This document shows positions 27,585 through 37,928 of a stretch of DNA of 64,000 nucleotides, in pieces. The notes below the pieces were generated by a model. The model ran no database searches. It saw nothing but the letters and a program-made list of their open reading frames with translations, and had not been told where the DNA came from. Both the position numbers and the translations under genes were made by a program. Every line of letters begins with the position of its first letter. Position 1 is the stretch's first letter. The DNA is from Candidatus Woesearchaeota archaeon (GTDB lineage Archaea; Nanobdellota; Nanobdellia; SCGC-AAA011-G17; UBA489), in assembly GCA_018655015.1 (NCBI GenBank), contig JABIKK010000013.1, positions 44,071 through 108,070 of the forward strand. Direction: 5' to 3'.

Positions 27585-29096
27585 TTATTTCCTAACACAA
27601 GGAGCGTTCTTAGGAATATACACTTTATCAGGCGTCAAATCCTTCACAGATTTACATCCCGTAGAAGCTAACAACTCATAGAAATCATGTTCTAAATTTT
27701 TAACATAATTAGCAACCTTTCTAGCCTTATCAGGAATAATTAATCCTTTCTGAAATCTTGGATTATGTGATGTAATTCCAACTGGACAAGTATTTCTATT
27801 ACATTGTAAGGCCTGTATACAACCTAAAGCAAACATAAAACCTCTAGCAGTATAAACTGCATCAGCACCAAGAGCCATCGCAGTCAATTGCTTCCCAGGA
27901 TTAATTAATTTCCCGGCACATAACAATTTCAACTTATCTCTAACATTCTCTTCAACTAAAATTCTTTGAACAAGTGGTAATGCTCTAAACAATGGAACTC
28001 CAACATTATCCATAAAACTTTTTGGTGCAGCACCAGTTCCACCTTCAGCCCCATCAATTGAAATATAATCAGGAAAAACTTTTTGTTTCTTCATTTCTTT
28101 AATCAAATTTCTAAACTCCAATTCAGAACCAATGCACATTTTAATTCCAACAGGTAAATTAGAAAAATCTTGAACTCTTTTAATAAATTCAACAGTATTT
28201 TTTGGAGTAGTACACTCAATATGGTGTGGCGGAGAAATAACATCTTGACCCATAGGAACATTCCTTAATTCAGAAATTTCTTCAGTTATTTTTTCCTTAG
28301 GCAACAAACCACCCTTCCCAGGTTTAGCTCCCTGTGAAAACTTAATCTCAATCATTTTAATTTCAGGCTTACTTGATAAATCCCTTAACTTATCACCATT
28401 CAAAGAACCATCTGGATTTCTAACACCAAATTTTGCAGTCCCAATTTGAAAGATTAAATCGCATTTTTCCATCAAATGGTACTTGGGGTAACCACCTTCT
28501 CCAGTATTCATAGGTATCCCTGCAGCCTTAACACCTCTGGCGATAGACCTTACGGCATTACTTCCCAATGCACCAAAAGACATCGCACTTACAATAAATG
28601 GTTTATCAATAGTATACTTATTCTTAATCCCTCTTTCTTCTCCAAAGGTTAAAGAATACTTTTTCATATTTTTCTTATCAACAGGATATAATGAATGCCT
28701 TAATTTTATTTCCTCATCATCAAAATTCAACAAAGAACCAAACGCTTCCGAAGAATCAATATCTTTTGCCTTCCTATAAACCTCAGCCCGTTCAGCCCTA
28801 CTAAATGGTTTCTCTTCAACATCACTAGCATACAAGTATTGTCTCAGCTCGGGACCAACACTCTCAATCATATATCTAGCTTGGGCGATTATTCCAAAGT
28901 TTCTCAGAAGTGCATGTTTAGTTTGTATATGCCTGTAATAAAAATTAAGTAAAAATAAAACTAAAAAAATAGCAGAACCAATATGATAACCTGAAGAAAC
29001 ATTAACCCCTAAATACCAAAATAAAACTAATAGTGCAACTATTCCTGCATTAACATACTTTGCAATCCGTGGTAAATCGACCGCTAATCTTGCCAT
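27585..29096 (-). CDS. FMN-binding glutamate synthase-family protein with N-terminal TMs
   Basis: SAMSFGAL, NTGEGG, EIKFSQGAKPGKGG, DGAEGGTGAAP, GCIQALQCNRNTCPVG. Confidence 0.93.
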   Translation of the reverse strand: MARLAVDLPRIAKYVNAGIVALLVLFWYLGVNVSSGYHIGSAIFLVLFLLNFYYRHIQTKHALLRNFGIIAQARYMIESVGPELRQYLYASDVEEKPFSRAERAEVYRKAKDIDSSEAFGSLLNFDDEEIKLRHSLYPVDKKNMKKYSLTFGEERGIKNKYTIDKPFIVSAMSFGALGSNAVRSIARGVKAAGIPMNTGEGGYPKYHLMEKCDLIFQIGTAKFGVRNPDGSLNGDKLRDLSSKPEIKMIEIKFSQGAKPGKGGLLPKEKITEEISELRNVPMGQDVISPPHHIECTTPKNTVEFIKRVQDFSNLPVGIKMCIGSELEFRNLIKEMKKQKVFPDYISIDGAEGGTGAAPKSFMDNVGVPLFRALPLVQRILVEENVRDKLKLLCAGKLINPGKQLTAMALGADAVYTARGFMFALGCIQALQCNRNTCPVGITSHNPRFQKGLIIPDKARKVANYVKNLEHDFYELLASTGCKSVKDLTPDKVYIPKNAPCVRK

Positions 29097-29138
29097 TTTA
29101 TCAAATTAAACTAAACTTTTTATATAACTTTCCTTGAA

Positions 29139-30365
29139 CTACTTCTTTCGAATAGCTTCAACGGACTCTCTCAACATTTTTTCAGTATCAGACTCATGTT
29201 GTTTGCCCTTCCTCCTATCAGTAGTGGGCCTAGCATAAACTCTCGATCTTGAATAACTCTGTTTCTTAGGTCCTCCTTTAGGACCGCCTTCAGTAGGTCC
29301 AAAGCCTTTCCAAGCTTTTCCTTCTCTCCCACCTACATTCTTAGCGGATGATTTAAATTGGAAGTAGAAGAACAAACCAATAGCAACAACCACTACAACT
29401 ATTATCAATAAAACAATCCATCCAGCACCACTCTTTCCACCACAATCTTCAGGACAATTCTCAGAAGTCTCACCTCTTAACTCATCACAAAAATTATTTG
29501 GACATAATGGATAAAGATCAACCGCATCATTAATCCCATCAAAATCGGTATCAAAACTTGTTGGATCCGTTCCTTTCTGTAATTCCATGGATAAAGTTAA
29601 TCCATCATTATCAACATCTTCATTCTGTGGATCAAAACAAGAAACGCTACAAGGTCCACCACAATCAACATCTTCCTCACCTTGATTCATAACATGATCA
29701 TTACAAGTTGGACATGAAGGACAATTCAAACCACCACAATCACTAACTATTCCATTGCCTAAATCAACATTAATTTTTTGTTCATCCCTTTCCAATATTC
29801 CATCAGTACAAACATTACAGGCATCGCAAGGTCCACCACAATCAAACCCATCTTCACCTGCATCCTTTAGCCTATTTGTACATGTTACAGGAACACCATT
29901 TGGAGCAACACTACAACCTTCATCAACTACACCATTACAATTATCATCTAAACTATTCCCATTACCAATTCCGCATTTCTCAACACTAGGCAGTGTAGAG
30001 TTTTCACAATCTCCGGCCCACTCCCCATATTCAGTGCAAAATTCAAAACCATAAGAACAGATTCCAGTCTCATTTAAAGGACCACAAGTTTTGTTCTCCC
30101 CATAACTACAATCACAACCCTCGTCAATAAAACCATCACAATCATTGTCTTTAGAATCATTACAAACTTCATCATCGGGCAATGTTTGGCCTAAACAAAA
30201 TCCCCATTTACTATTCTCACAATACTGAGTCCCGTAATTACACTCACCCTTATCATATTCTCCACATTGTCTTGAGTCTCCCTCATTACATGCAGCAAGT
30301 ACACTAAAAGAAAATAGAACTAAAAAAAGTCCACTACTTACCAGAAACTTTCGGTTTAAATGCAT
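29139..30365 (-). CDS. Cys-rich membrane-anchored surface protein
   Basis: Signal peptide; DNDCDGFIDEGC / DDNCNGVVDEGC; ExxxDCGGPC repeats; DTDFDGINDAVD; C-terminal TM. Confidence 0.85.
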   Translation of the reverse strand: MHLNRKFLVSSGLFLVLFSFSVLAACNEGDSRQCGEYDKGECNYGTQYCENSKWGFCLGQTLPDDEVCNDSKDNDCDGFIDEGCDCSYGENKTCGPLNETGICSYGFEFCTEYGEWAGDCENSTLPSVEKCGIGNGNSLDDNCNGVVDEGCSVAPNGVPVTCTNRLKDAGEDGFDCGGPCDACNVCTDGILERDEQKINVDLGNGIVSDCGGLNCPSCPTCNDHVMNQGEEDVDCGGPCSVSCFDPQNEDVDNDGLTLSMELQKGTDPTSFDTDFDGINDAVDLYPLCPNNFCDELRGETSENCPEDCGGKSGAGWIVLLIIVVVVVAIGLFFYFQFKSSAKNVGGREGKAWKGFGPTEGGPKGGPKKQSYSRSRVYARPTTDRRKGKQHESDTEKMLRESVEAIRKK

Positions 30366-32880
30366 ATTCCACCTGCTCCCTTTTCCACCCTCTTTCCAAA
30401 AGAGTTTTCATTATTTTTTCACGACTAATTCCACTTACAAGTGATTTGGAAACATATTTCCTTAACTCAACCTCATCATTTGAACTAGCAAACTGAACTG
30501 CCTTCCTAGTTTGACCTTTAGCTCCAGCACCACTTTTAAAGAATTTAAAATAAACAGTAACTGCAATAATAATTAAGATTCCTATAAAAAAGATTATTAA
30601 TATTCCTGACCAATTAGCTTTTTTCGCACAATCTTCAGGGCAAGAAATAGCGTCTTCTAAATAAATCTTCTCACCGTCTACCTCTAAGACTGCACATTTA
30701 TTGTCTCCACAAACTGGAACAGTTTCATATCCCCTTGGTATAATTCCACCCTTAGGAACCAAAATAGTTTTCAATTCGTTAAACCCAGAGGAAATATCTC
30801 TATTTACAAAGTAAGAATAACTAAGACCACTAACAGAAGGAACATCTTTTCTATAAACTGCATCAACACCCTCTTTATACAAAGTAAATCCTTCAAACGT
30901 AACCTCATTCTTAGGATCTAAAACAATTGAGGTAGGTATTACCTCATAAACATAATAATTACTACCTAATCCACTAATAGTTTTACTAACTGAAGTACCC
31001 TCAATCATAGACCCATCAAATAACTCAACTTGAACATACTTAATTATTGCATTAATTTTGAAGTCTTCTTGAATAAAATATGCATTTTCTCTTTCGTCTT
31101 CAGTTGCAACCATATCCAATGTAACGTCACTAGGTTCAACAATCACAACCTCTTCTAATTCAGAAAGAACATTAATTACCTTAGGCAAACCCATAACTAA
31201 AGTATCCAACTCATCGTCCAATCCATCATTGAATTCTTCAATCGCTGTTTGATTAGATATATTTAGAGAATTAAAAGTGGTTAAATAACCATTCAAATTA
31301 GTTAATGCAGAAGCAACTTCTTCACTCAAACCAAACGCACTCAGTACATCCCCATAACTATTCTGTTGCAAATTTAAGAAAGTAATATACTCTTTTATCA
31401 AACCTTCAACACTACTTTCATTAAATCCTCCAGAAACATTTCCACCAATATCAATATCTAAACTAGTTGAAGGTCCGGGATCTAAACTAAAATTAAGTTC
31501 ATACTCTCCAGACTCATTAACAAAAGGAGTAAACAATAACAATCCTGAAGTGCTCATTTCCAATACTTCACTACCATTCAAAGCAACCAAATCAATAGTA
31601 CCGATCTCTGTGATTCTCCCTATTTCAGAATTCATTCCCATGTAAAACTGATCTGTTGACTTCAAACCACTTCCAGTTTGGTATTCCATATACAAGTTCT
31701 CAAGAGAAATAACTCCCTCAGATAAACTTCCAACTTCTAGCGGAACCGCACATTTACCATTAGTTAACTCTAAACAATCTTCAATCTCTGCATTCAAAAC
31801 ATCAATAAATGCCTCATAACTATTAACCAATCCAGCCATAAAATTAGCTTGGCCATTCAAAACTTCAGTATATTCTCCCATCTTAACTTTGACTAAAAAA
31901 TCATCTGAACCTTCAGAATCACAAGAATACTTATCTCCAGCAAAGTTACAAGTATATGCAGAATTAGGATTATTACCTTCTATTCTCAGCTTAGCATGTT
32001 GCGTACTCCCACTACCTTCCACATTATTATATACGCAAACCAAAAACTCTCCTTCTATGGCGTATCCCATGTTAACGTCACATCCATAATACTCTGCTCC
32101 TGCACCTTCGGGCTCTAAATCACAAACATATTGACCACCATAACCATCACAATCAGTAACACAACTAGGATTAGACAATTGAATAATTGTTGCAGTAATA
32201 TTTTCTCCAATATCTAACTCTTCTAACTTTGCATGAACTTGTACATCTCTTGCATAAGGCAAATTAATCTTCTCACACCAATAATTAGAATTATCATCAG
32301 TTATTATTATCTCCCCATCATCATTTTCATTCAATGTATCCGAAAGGATAAAGTCACTTGCATATCCAATTAAATCTCCAAAGAATTGCCATTCAATATT
32401 ACCATCTGCACCAAAATCTAAATAAGGCATTTTTGGAGAAGGAACACCCAAACCAGAAACATCCAAATCTAAACTACTAAATGTATCAGTATTACTATCC
32501 ACCCTTACATAAATTATTTGTGACCCTGCGTCATTAAATGCAAAGTCTGCTTGTCCAGTAGGATTAATTAATTCTCGCGCACCAGTATCAACATTATAGT
32601 AAATACTTTGATGATCTAACACATCGACTAGTGCTCGGTAAACTTCAAAGTCTGCAACAGAACCAACTAGATTAGTGTTTGTTAAAATAGGTCCAGTCAA
32701 ATTAATATTCAAATCAAAAATTATTTCATCGCCAATCATAAATGAAGGAGTTTGATTAGTATTGTTCCCGTCTAAAACTACTTCAATTGACTCTGGCTCA
32801 GTTGTTTCAGCAGCTAAGACTAATCCAAAAAATAGTGTGAATATCCCAACAACAATTAAAACCCTGCTTAATTCAACCAA
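30334..32880 (-). CDS. Large acidic surface protein with TM and small cytoplasmic helical domain
   Basis: TTG start at 32880 after GAGGGG RBS; signal peptide; CGD..CPEDC then TM; tail YV...L..G.S..I..LL..GW. Confidence 0.85.
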   Translation of the reverse strand: MVELSRVLIVVGIFTLFFGLVLAAETTEPESIEVVLDGNNTNQTPSFMIGDEIIFDLNINLTGPILTNTNLVGSVADFEVYRALVDVLDHQSIYYNVDTGARELINPTGQADFAFNDAGSQIIYVRVDSNTDTFSSLDLDVSGLGVPSPKMPYLDFGADGNIEWQFFGDLIGYASDFILSDTLNENDDGEIIITDDNSNYWCEKINLPYARDVQVHAKLEELDIGENITATIIQLSNPSCVTDCDGYGGQYVCDLEPEGAGAEYYGCDVNMGYAIEGEFLVCVYNNVEGSGSTQHAKLRIEGNNPNSAYTCNFAGDKYSCDSEGSDDFLVKVKMGEYTEVLNGQANFMAGLVNSYEAFIDVLNAEIEDCLELTNGKCAVPLEVGSLSEGVISLENLYMEYQTGSGLKSTDQFYMGMNSEIGRITEIGTIDLVALNGSEVLEMSTSGLLLFTPFVNESGEYELNFSLDPGPSTSLDIDIGGNVSGGFNESSVEGLIKEYITFLNLQQNSYGDVLSAFGLSEEVASALTNLNGYLTTFNSLNISNQTAIEEFNDGLDDELDTLVMGLPKVINVLSELEEVVIVEPSDVTLDMVATEDERENAYFIQEDFKINAIIKYVQVELFDGSMIEGTSVSKTISGLGSNYYVYEVIPTSIVLDPKNEVTFEGFTLYKEGVDAVYRKDVPSVSGLSYSYFVNRDISSGFNELKTILVPKGGIIPRGYETVPVCGDNKCAVLEVDGEKIYLEDAISCPEDCAKKANWSGILIIFFIGILIIIAVTVYFKFFKSGAGAKGQTRKAVQFASSNDEVELRKYVSKSLVSGISREKIMKTLLERGWKREQVEYAFKPKVSGK

Positions 32881-33008
32881 TTTACCCCTCTTTTCACCAA
32901 ATAGACTAAAAAGTCCACTTATTCTTAAACTCCCTTTTAAACTATTTAAATATATTGATGAAAGCCCCAATAAAAAGGTTTTTAATACGAACTACACAAT
33001 TTCACGCC

Positions 33009-33893
33009 ATGAGTCATAAATTAAAAGACCTATTTGAGAAGAATCAGAAAAAGATGATGATTCTACCACTCATACTAATCCTAGGTTCCCTAATATTCTT
33101 AATCACAGCATACTCTCAAACTGGAGAATTAATCAACAAAGATGTTTCTCTTAGTGGGGGAATGACTCTAACACTTTACACAGAACAATCAATAGACGAA
33201 ATAAAACTTGAAGAATCACTAAAAAAAGACTTTACAGAAATATCAATTAGAAAACTTTCAGAGTTTGGAACATCTAAAGAAATAGGTGTCGTGATAGAAA
33301 CTCCAGAAATAGACGAAGACGCAATCAAGTTAAGAATTACAGAGGCAACTGGAATCGAACTAACTGAAGAAAACTTATCAATTGAAGTTGTTGGTTCTTC
33401 ACTAGGTGATTCATTCTATTCACAAATGGTCAAGGCATTACTTTTTGCATTAATCTTCATGTCAATTACAATATTTATTGCTTTTAGAAAACTAATTCCT
33501 TCATTAGCAGTTGTAGTTGTTGCATTTGGAGATTTAACAATTACATTAACAATTCTTAACTTGCTAAACATGAGGTTGTCTTCAGCTGGAATCGCAGCAT
33601 TACTATTACTAGTCGGGTACTCAATTGATACAGACGTACTACTAACAACTAGAATCCTAAAAAATAGAGAAGGAACAATTTGGGAAGGAGTTCTCAGCTC
33701 AATGAAAACAGGATTAACAATGACCGTCACAACTGTAGCAGCATTAGGAGTAGCCTACCTTGTCTCAACATCCCTAGTTCTAAAACAAATGTTTGCAATC
33801 ATAATTATTGGATTAATAGTTGACGTAGTCCTAACGTACCTCTTAAACGCGCCAATGTTAGCATTATACGCTAAAAAGGAAGGTGGGAAATAA
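33009..33893 (+). CDS. secF: Protein translocase subunit SecF
   Basis: DVSLSGG, VGSSLG, LLLVGYSIDTDVLLTTR. Confidence 0.94.
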   Translation: MSHKLKDLFEKNQKKMMILPLILILGSLIFLITAYSQTGELINKDVSLSGGMTLTLYTEQSIDEIKLEESLKKDFTEISIRKLSEFGTSKEIGVVIETPEIDEDAIKLRITEATGIELTEENLSIEVVGSSLGDSFYSQMVKALLFALIFMSITIFIAFRKLIPSLAVVVVAFGDLTITLTILNLLNMRLSSAGIAALLLLVGYSIDTDVLLTTRILKNREGTIWEGVLSSMKTGLTMTVTTVAALGVAYLVSTSLVLKQMFAIIIIGLIVDVVLTYLLNAPMLALYAKKEGGK

Positions 33894-35626
33894 TGGCAAA
33901 GCTATTTGGAGTCAGAGTTTGGATTTTAATCTTCTTCCTATTTATCTCCCTATTAATGATAGATCCTTCCCCTTTAGCAAAGGGTGTTGAAATAAAACAA
34001 ATTAATTCGGACTCACCAGCATTAGAGGCAGGAATGCTAGCAGGAGAAAAAATATTAGAAATAAATGGAATTAAAATTAAGGATTTAACAGATTATAAAA
34101 CAGAAATAGACAAACTAAGACCCGAACCAAAAGAAATCACAATTGACACTACAAAAGGCGAAGTTACCTATGAGGCAACATCATCCATAGGATTCTCCGT
34201 AGACAGCAACCTGACAATAATAGCTACAGAAGACTTCGTAACAATAGAACCAAACGCCCAATTAATTTCAATTAACAATGAACCAGTTGAAACTCCAGAA
34301 AACTTCAATAAAATCAAATCTAAAATAATCCCAAAAATTAAAGTAATAATCCAGACAGATCAAAATGAATACGCATTCCTTAGTACAGGTGACTTAGGAA
34401 TTTCGGTTCAAGCAGCAAAAACATCAAACATTGAAAAAGGACTTGAACTCCAAGGCGGAACAAGAGTTCTTCTAGAACCAAAATCAGATGAAGAAATCAC
34501 ATTATCAGACATCAACAACATTATCGACGTAATGAATAAACGCCTAAATGTGTATGGTCTTGCAGATATTAAAATCAGGCCTGCAAAAGACCTTGAAGGA
34601 AAGAACTTCATTTTAATTGAAATCGCAGGTGCAACAAGAGAAGAAGTAAGAGACCTAATCTCAAAACAAGGTGTCTTCGAAGCAAAGATAGGCGATGACG
34701 TTGTATTCGAAGGTGGAAAGAGAGACGTACCTTATGTATGTAGAGACGACGGCTCTTGTGCAGTTATAGAGTCCTGTTCAACAATAGGACCAGAACAAGC
34801 AGCATGTAACTTTAGATTCTCAATCTCATTATCATCAGATGCAGCCAAAAAACATGCAGACATAACAGGCAAACTAGAAGTAAACCAATCTACAAATGGG
34901 AATTACTTAGAAAAACCATTAGACCTATACTTAGATGAAAAATTAGTTGACACCTTATTAATCTCCTCAGATCTTAAAGGTCAAGAAGCTACACAAATTT
35001 CAATTTCGGGCCCAGGTTATGGGGCCACAGAAGACCTAGCATATTTAGACGCAGTTGCAAACATGAACAACCTGCAAACAATTCTAATTACTGGTTCATT
35101 ACCAATGAAATTAGAAATTGTAAAGATGGATACAATCAGTCCAGCCATGGGAAAAGAGTTTATTAAAAATGCCTTCACTGCAGGAATCCTTGCAATCTTA
35201 GTTGTAGGTTTGGTAATTTACATAAGATATAGGAAATTTAAAATTGTTATCCCTATGATCATAACCAGTGTTTCAGAAGTAATAATCATTCTGGGATTTG
35301 CAGCATTAGCAAGATGGAATTTGGATTTAGCAGCAATCGCAGGAATAATCGCGGCAGTGGGAACAGGTATTGATGACCAAATAATTATCACGGACGAGGT
35401 ATTAAAGAAAAGACAATTCAGTTTAAACTGGAAAGAAAAAATAAAGAGGGCATTCTTCATCATATTTAGTGCATATGTAACTACAGTAGTTGCAATGTTC
35501 CCACTTATGTTCGCAGGAGCAGGTTTAATCAAGGGATTCGCATTAACAACCATAGCAGGAGTTACAATTGGAGTATTTGTCACTAGACCTGCTTTCGCAG
35601 CAATGATTGAAAAGATGGTGAAGTAA
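33893..35626 (+). CDS. secD: Protein translocase subunit SecD with PDZ-like insertion
   Basis: GLELQGGTRV, RLNVYGL, GSLP, GTGIDDQIII, GFALTT; SPALEAG..GEKILEING. Confidence 0.94.
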   Translation: MAKLFGVRVWILIFFLFISLLMIDPSPLAKGVEIKQINSDSPALEAGMLAGEKILEINGIKIKDLTDYKTEIDKLRPEPKEITIDTTKGEVTYEATSSIGFSVDSNLTIIATEDFVTIEPNAQLISINNEPVETPENFNKIKSKIIPKIKVIIQTDQNEYAFLSTGDLGISVQAAKTSNIEKGLELQGGTRVLLEPKSDEEITLSDINNIIDVMNKRLNVYGLADIKIRPAKDLEGKNFILIEIAGATREEVRDLISKQGVFEAKIGDDVVFEGGKRDVPYVCRDDGSCAVIESCSTIGPEQAACNFRFSISLSSDAAKKHADITGKLEVNQSTNGNYLEKPLDLYLDEKLVDTLLISSDLKGQEATQISISGPGYGATEDLAYLDAVANMNNLQTILITGSLPMKLEIVKMDTISPAMGKEFIKNAFTAGILAILVVGLVIYIRYRKFKIVIPMIITSVSEVIIILGFAALARWNLDLAAIAGIIAAVGTGIDDQIIITDEVLKKRQFSLNWKEKIKRAFFIIFSAYVTTVVAMFPLMFAGAGLIKGFALTTIAGVTIGVFVTRPAFAAMIEKMVK

Positions 35627-35627
35627 A

Positions 35628-36413
35628 ATGAAACTATACATAAAAGACCGCATAACTGGCACTATAAATTACAGCAAACATATAAAAAATTGGTATTCTT
35701 TAATTAAAACTAAACTATACAACAAAGAAAGACGATTACTTCTAAAATTTAGAAACGGATTAAAACTTAACATAATGAACAAAAAAGTAGACAGTGATAT
35801 AACAATTATAAAAGAAATTTATGTTTGCAATAACTATAACAGAAATAACTTCAATATCGAAGATGGAGACGTAGTTTTAGACTTGGGAGCAAACATAGGA
35901 ATTTATTCAACTTATGCAACAACCTTTGGAAAAGGGATTACAGTTTATGCTTATGAAGCTTCACCAAAAAACTTTGAATATCTAAAAGGAAATATAGAAC
36001 TAAACAACCTGCAAGATATAGTCAAACCCTATAACGAAGCAGTAACAAGTAAAAACGGAAAAATAAAATTTTTCCTTCACGACAGAGGAAGTGGTGGAAA
36101 TTCAATGTTCGATGAACTAACAACCTCAGAAAGAGAGGGATCCATTGAAGTAAAGTCCATCAATTTACCATCTATTTTGAAAGAAAATAAAATCAAAGAA
36201 GTAGGTTTTCTAAAGATGGATATTGAGGGTGCGGAATATGAAACACTCCTAAACTGTCCCTCCGATGTCATAAAGCGTGTTAAAAAGATTGCAATTGAAT
36301 GCCATAATGTAAAAGGATATAAAAAAGAAGACCTCATTAAATATTTAATCAAAAATGGATTCATGGTCTGGAAACCTTCCAAGGGCATGGTCTACGGAAA
36401 GAGAGTAGATTAA
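35628..36413 (+). CDS. FkbM-family methyltransferase
   Basis: VLDLGANIG, LKMDIEGAEY. Confidence 0.92.
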   Translation: MKLYIKDRITGTINYSKHIKNWYSLIKTKLYNKERRLLLKFRNGLKLNIMNKKVDSDITIIKEIYVCNNYNRNNFNIEDGDVVLDLGANIGIYSTYATTFGKGITVYAYEASPKNFEYLKGNIELNNLQDIVKPYNEAVTSKNGKIKFFLHDRGSGGNSMFDELTTSEREGSIEVKSINLPSILKENKIKEVGFLKMDIEGAEYETLLNCPSDVIKRVKKIAIECHNVKGYKKEDLIKYLIKNGFMVWKPSKGMVYGKRVD

Positions 36414-36431
36414 ACCATTAACGAGGTTATT

Positions 36432-37928
36432 ATGAAAAAAGAAAGTATTGGCAATCTTATTTTAAGAAATTCTCTGTGGAATAGTTTTTCTGCATTAATT
36501 GCCAAACTTGGAGGATTTATCTTTACAATAGTAATAGCTAGACTTCTTCTACCAGAACTTTTTGGACTTTATTCCTTAGTTTTGTCAATTGCGTTAATTG
36601 CGATGGTCCTAACAGATGCAGGAACAAGTTCCGGAATATTAATGTTCATTCCTAAAGCTTTGAAAGAAAAAAACAATCGAGTAAATGCTAGATCAAATTT
36701 CCGTTATCTATTGAAGGTAAAAGGATTAGTAATGTCCATAGTTATTTTATTGCTTTTAATTCTAGCAAGACCATTAGCATACAACTTCTTCGAAAAACCA
36801 GCAATATTTTTACCAATCCTACTTGCTACATTGTATATAATAACTACCTCAATGAAGGACATGTTCTACAATCTCTTCGTTTCTCTAAAAGAACTAAGCA
36901 GAGTACCAGTAATCACTACAATCTATCACTTATCAAAAATAATATTGTCCATTGTAGCAGTTATCTTACTCCCCGTTTCATACAAAATATCTGGAATTTT
37001 TGTAGCATTTAGTTTAGCAGCCCTAATCGCATTAGTATACATTTTAGTTTTGTTAAGAAAAAATAAAGACTTAATTTTAGGAAAAATTAAAGAAATCAAA
37101 AAACCACGCATAAACAAATACTTACTACATCTAAGTTTTGCAAGTCTAACACTTGTTATTTTTGGCTCAATGGACACATTAATGTTGAGCAAGTTTGTTG
37201 AACCTGAATTTCTCGGTTATTACCGTGCAGCTTTAAGTTTAGCTTTAGCAATTCCAGGATTTTTCGCAATATGGGACGTTATACTCCCAATATTCACGCA
37301 AGTCAATCAAAAAAGTCTAGAAAAAACATCTAAAGACATTCTAAGGTTTGTTATGATGCTGTCCATTCCAGCTGCAGCAGGCTTAATTGTTCTTGCAAGA
37401 CAGTCAACATTACTAATTTACGGCAAGGAATACATTTTAGCAACAGCGCCATTAATAATCCTATCAACCTTAGTCATAACCTCTCCTTTAATCGCATTCC
37501 ACTCAAGCGTATTAAAGGCAAAGGAAAACACAAAATTCCTTGCAAAATTCATATTAATTTCTGCACTCCTAAACATTGCATTAAACTACATACTGATTTC
37601 ATATCTTATTAAACTCGGACCAATTCATGCACTAATGGGTGCAGCAATAGCAACTGTATTTAGCAGAGTCTTCCTCTTAGCTGCATTAGCATCAAAAAAC
37701 TATACTGCACACAATATACTGCCTTTGAAATTACCAATAATAAAGTTTTTCATCTCTAGTTCAGTAATGGCAATTGCAATCATTCTATTCAATAAACTCA
37801 TAAATCTAAATCCGATCTTAGGACTTATAGAAATTCCAGTAGGGATTCTAATCTACTTTGGAGTTTTACTAATAATTAAAGGCGTGACAGTAGATGAAAT
37901 AAAAGCATTAAGACCTTCTAGAAGGTAG
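36432..37928 (+). CDS. Oligosaccharide flippase (Wzx/MOP family)
   Basis: ARLLLPELFGLY, multiple TMs, D.LML..GYY, GAAIAT. Confidence 0.9.
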   Translation: MKKESIGNLILRNSLWNSFSALIAKLGGFIFTIVIARLLLPELFGLYSLVLSIALIAMVLTDAGTSSGILMFIPKALKEKNNRVNARSNFRYLLKVKGLVMSIVILLLLILARPLAYNFFEKPAIFLPILLATLYIITTSMKDMFYNLFVSLKELSRVPVITTIYHLSKIILSIVAVILLPVSYKISGIFVAFSLAALIALVYILVLLRKNKDLILGKIKEIKKPRINKYLLHLSFASLTLVIFGSMDTLMLSKFVEPEFLGYYRAALSLALAIPGFFAIWDVILPIFTQVNQKSLEKTSKDILRFVMMLSIPAAAGLIVLARQSTLLIYGKEYILATAPLIILSTLVITSPLIAFHSSVLKAKENTKFLAKFILISALLNIALNYILISYLIKLGPIHALMGAAIATVFSRVFLLAALASKNYTAHNILPLKLPIIKFFISSSVMAIAIILFNKLINLNPILGLIEIPVGILIYFGVLLIIKGVTVDEIKALRPSRR

